Shown here one piece after another: positions 62,372 to 64,000 of a stretch of DNA of 64,000 bases. Origin of the DNA: a bacterium (GTDB lineage Bacteria; Patescibacteriota; Minisyncoccia; Minisyncoccales; CG1-02-41-26); contig JAUWWY010000004.1 of NCBI GenBank assembly GCA_030616605.1, forward strand, positions 1,101 through 65,100. Reading direction: 5' to 3'. A model generated the notes under the pieces. That model was not told the origin of the DNA, did no database searches, and worked only from the letters and a program-made list of their open reading frames with translations. The translations under genes were made by a program, and so were the position numbers. Within the stretch, counting starts at the first letter, position 1. Each line of letters begins with the position of its first letter.

Positions 62372-63604
62372 ATGCCCAATCAAAAAAAACTTTGGAAAAC
62401 CAATAAACTTATCTGTGGTGATAATTTAGAGGAAGTAGCTAAACTTTCTAAAGAGAGTGTAGATTTAATCTACATTGACCCACCGTTCTTCAGTCATAAA
62501 CAGTATGAGGTAGTCTTTGGCGACGAGGCGGAAGTTAGAAGTTTTAAAGATAGATGGGAAGGCGGAGTAGAACACTACATAAGTTGGTTAAGACCGAGAG
62601 TTCAAGCGATGTATGAAGTATTGAAGCCTACGGGCTCTTTTTATATACATTGCGATTGGCACGCTAACGCTCATATAAGAATTATGTTAGATGAAATTTT
62701 TGGAGGAGAGAATTTTAGAAATGAGATAGTTTGGTGTTATGAGAGGGCTCATCCCGCCTATAAGATGTTTAAGCGATTGCACGATACCATTTTTTTCTAT
62801 TCAAAATCTGATACGTGGATTTTCAATATGCCTCGTGTGCCCTTTAAAGATGGTTCTTGGCAAAGAAAAAGCTTTAAAAGACCAGATGGGAAGATATGGG
62901 AGCAGAAGCTAAAAGGGAAGGCTTGTCCTGATTGGTGGATAGATATTCCATCTTTTGCAACCCGAATGTCTGCAAAAGAACGAACTGGCTATCCTACCCA
63001 AAAACCAGAGAAACTTTTAGAGAGAATTATAAAAGCGTCCTCAAACAAAGGCGATTTAGTGGCTGATTTCTTTTGTGGTTGTGGGACAACTATAGCAGTG
63101 GCTCAACAGTTAGAGAGGAAGTGGATAGGTATAGATATCTCACCAACAGCAATTAAAGTGATACAGAGACGATTGAAGGAGTTTGAAGGAGTGATAGAAG
63201 GCGTTAATTATATAGTTGTTGGTATGCCGACCACTGTAAAAGATGTGAGAAAATTAGAGCCATTTGAATTCCAGAACTGGGTAGTAATAGATAAAATGAG
63301 AGCTACCGCAAGTAGAAAGAAAGTTGGAGATATGGGATTGGATGGTTATTATCCAAAAGGTCATCTTTTTGTTCACGGGGGAGCAGGTATACAAGTAAAA
63401 CAATCTGATAAGGTCGGGCGTAATGTTGTAGATAATTTTGAGACCGCACTTAAAAGAGCGGATTATAAAAAAGGTTATATCGTAGCTTTTAGTTTTACTA
63501 CAGGTGCTTATGAGGAAGTAGCACGGATTAAGAATAAAGGAGAATTAGAGATAAAATTAATCACAGTTGAGGAATTACTAACAAAAAAGAAACCAATTGT
63601 TTAG
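62372..63604 (+). CDS. beta-class N6A/N4C DNA methyltransferase fused to a C-terminal Mrr-like restriction-endonuclease domain
   Basis: Motif IV 'LIYIDPPFF' precedes motif I 'VADFFCGCGTT' (beta permutation). The C-terminal ~130 aa 'FEFQNWV....GDMGLDGY.....GIQVKQSDKVGRNVVDNF......YKKGYIVAFSFTTGA' resemble Mrr_cat (D...QxK). Confidence 0.8.
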   Translation: MPNQKKLWKTNKLICGDNLEEVAKLSKESVDLIYIDPPFFSHKQYEVVFGDEAEVRSFKDRWEGGVEHYISWLRPRVQAMYEVLKPTGSFYIHCDWHANAHIRIMLDEIFGGENFRNEIVWCYERAHPAYKMFKRLHDTIFFYSKSDTWIFNMPRVPFKDGSWQRKSFKRPDGKIWEQKLKGKACPDWWIDIPSFATRMSAKERTGYPTQKPEKLLERIIKASSNKGDLVADFFCGCGTTIAVAQQLERKWIGIDISPTAIKVIQRRLKEFEGVIEGVNYIVVGMPTTVKDVRKLEPFEFQNWVVIDKMRATASRKKVGDMGLDGYYPKGHLFVHGGAGIQVKQSDKVGRNVVDNFETALKRADYKKGYIVAFSFTTGAYEEVARIKNKGELEIKLITVEELLTKKKPIV

Positions 63605-63740
63605 TTTTTTAACACGATAAAAAAGAAATCCGACAAATCGGACACTATAAAAAAGAGTTTAGTAATTATGAGGAAATCTACAAAAAAGAAATTACAAAAA
63701 TTGTTAGTAGGGGCATTAAAGGAAGAGAAAAAAATACAAT

Positions 63741-64000
63741 ATGAAATTGATTATTATTTTCTTAATTGTTCTAATAATATTTCTACTTGTAGGTTTTTTT
63801 ATATCTTGTAATACTTTGAAAATAGTCAGTGGTGATTTTCATATTTATAAGGGTCAGAGATTACCTTATGATTTTGAACCATCTAATTTGAGAGAATTAA
63901 ATGATAGAGCAAGTTATCTCAAAACTAAACAATATCTCGTTAATGAAGCAAAAATATCAATTGAAAAGTTGATTGCCGATGCCGAGAATGATGGATTGTG
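63741..64000 (+). CDS. VanY/M15B-like D,D-carboxypeptidase, N-terminal fragment (runs off window)
   Basis: ATG at 63741. Lipobox-like 'LLVGFFISC'. 'RLPYDFEPSNLREL.....LVNEAKISIEKLIADAENDGL' matches the N-terminal pattern of VanY-type peptidases. Not in the ORF track because there is no stop in the window. Confidence 0.5.
   Translation, partial: MKLIIIFLIVLIIFLLVGFFISCNTLKIVSGDFHIYKGQRLPYDFEPSNLRELNDRASYLKTKQYLVNEAKISIEKLIADAENDGL

Larger units (their letters stand above)
56318..63604. mobile_element. integrated element at tRNA-Asn (serine-recombinase type); right boundary not identified
   Basis: The recombinase ORF ends 12 nt inside the tRNA 3' end. Contents are an excisionase-like HTH, a nuclease, a Rep-like protein, a SpoVG homolog, orphan genes and a methyltransferase-nuclease fusion. 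Most of its genes are on the minus strand, opposite to dnaG-rpoD. Confidence 0.6.

Noticed and set aside
57803-64000. attR: a second copy of the tRNA-Asn 3' end defining the right end of the integrated element
   Set aside because: No copy of GGTTCGAGTCCTACCACCGGAG, or a substantial part of it, was found between 57803 and 64000. Serine-recombinase att sites need not leave long duplications. The boundary is therefore left open and may lie beyond the window.

Overview
AT-rich bacterial chromosomal segment. Hand counts on typical 60-nt lines give about one third G+C. The gene set resembles a small-genome Patescibacteria/CPR-type organism; this is an inference from gene content and protein styles, not a database result.

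Housekeeping backbone: tig-clpP, rny, hup, a PMM/PGM mutase, rpsF-ssb-rpsR, greA, trpS, RNase J, cupin-type PGI, secG, groES-groEL (with a CIRCE-like operator), lemA-htpX, dnaG-rpoD and 8 tRNAs. Also present are a WbpB/WbpE-like sugar-nucleotide operon, a sensor kinase plus receiver placed directly ahead of a complete type IV pilus cluster (pilB, pilC, 4 pilin-like genes, pilMNO), and a roughly 10 kb glycosyltransferase island (six GT4 genes, an APH-like kinase, a GDE-like hydrolase and a ROK kinase).

Most unusual content:
1. A 9 kb cluster of secreted giant proteins (1604-10717). It includes two mosaic Cys-rich paralogs, each carrying a mini Hint/bacterial-intein-like domain (Ser1 ... His-Asn followed by Ala). 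The Hint domain appears to be inserted inside a beta-sandwich-like module. The cluster also holds a 104-nt remnant of a duplicated neighbouring gene.
2. A modular intergenic repeat family at four loci, and a separate 19-nt perfect palindrome family that sits just after stop codons.
3. A roughly 1 kb G+C-rich single-gene islet beside tRNA-Arg(CCT).
4. An integrated element at tRNA-Asn. It carries a large serine recombinase whose ORF ends inside the tRNA, an excisionase-like HTH, a small Mrr-like nuclease, a Rep-like protein, a SpoVG homolog and a 617-aa orphan. A G+C-rich structured leader with an 11-mer present as direct/inverted/direct copies abuts the start codon of a DNA methyltransferase fused to an Mrr-like nuclease domain.

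No rRNA, CRISPR array or reverse transcriptase was seen.
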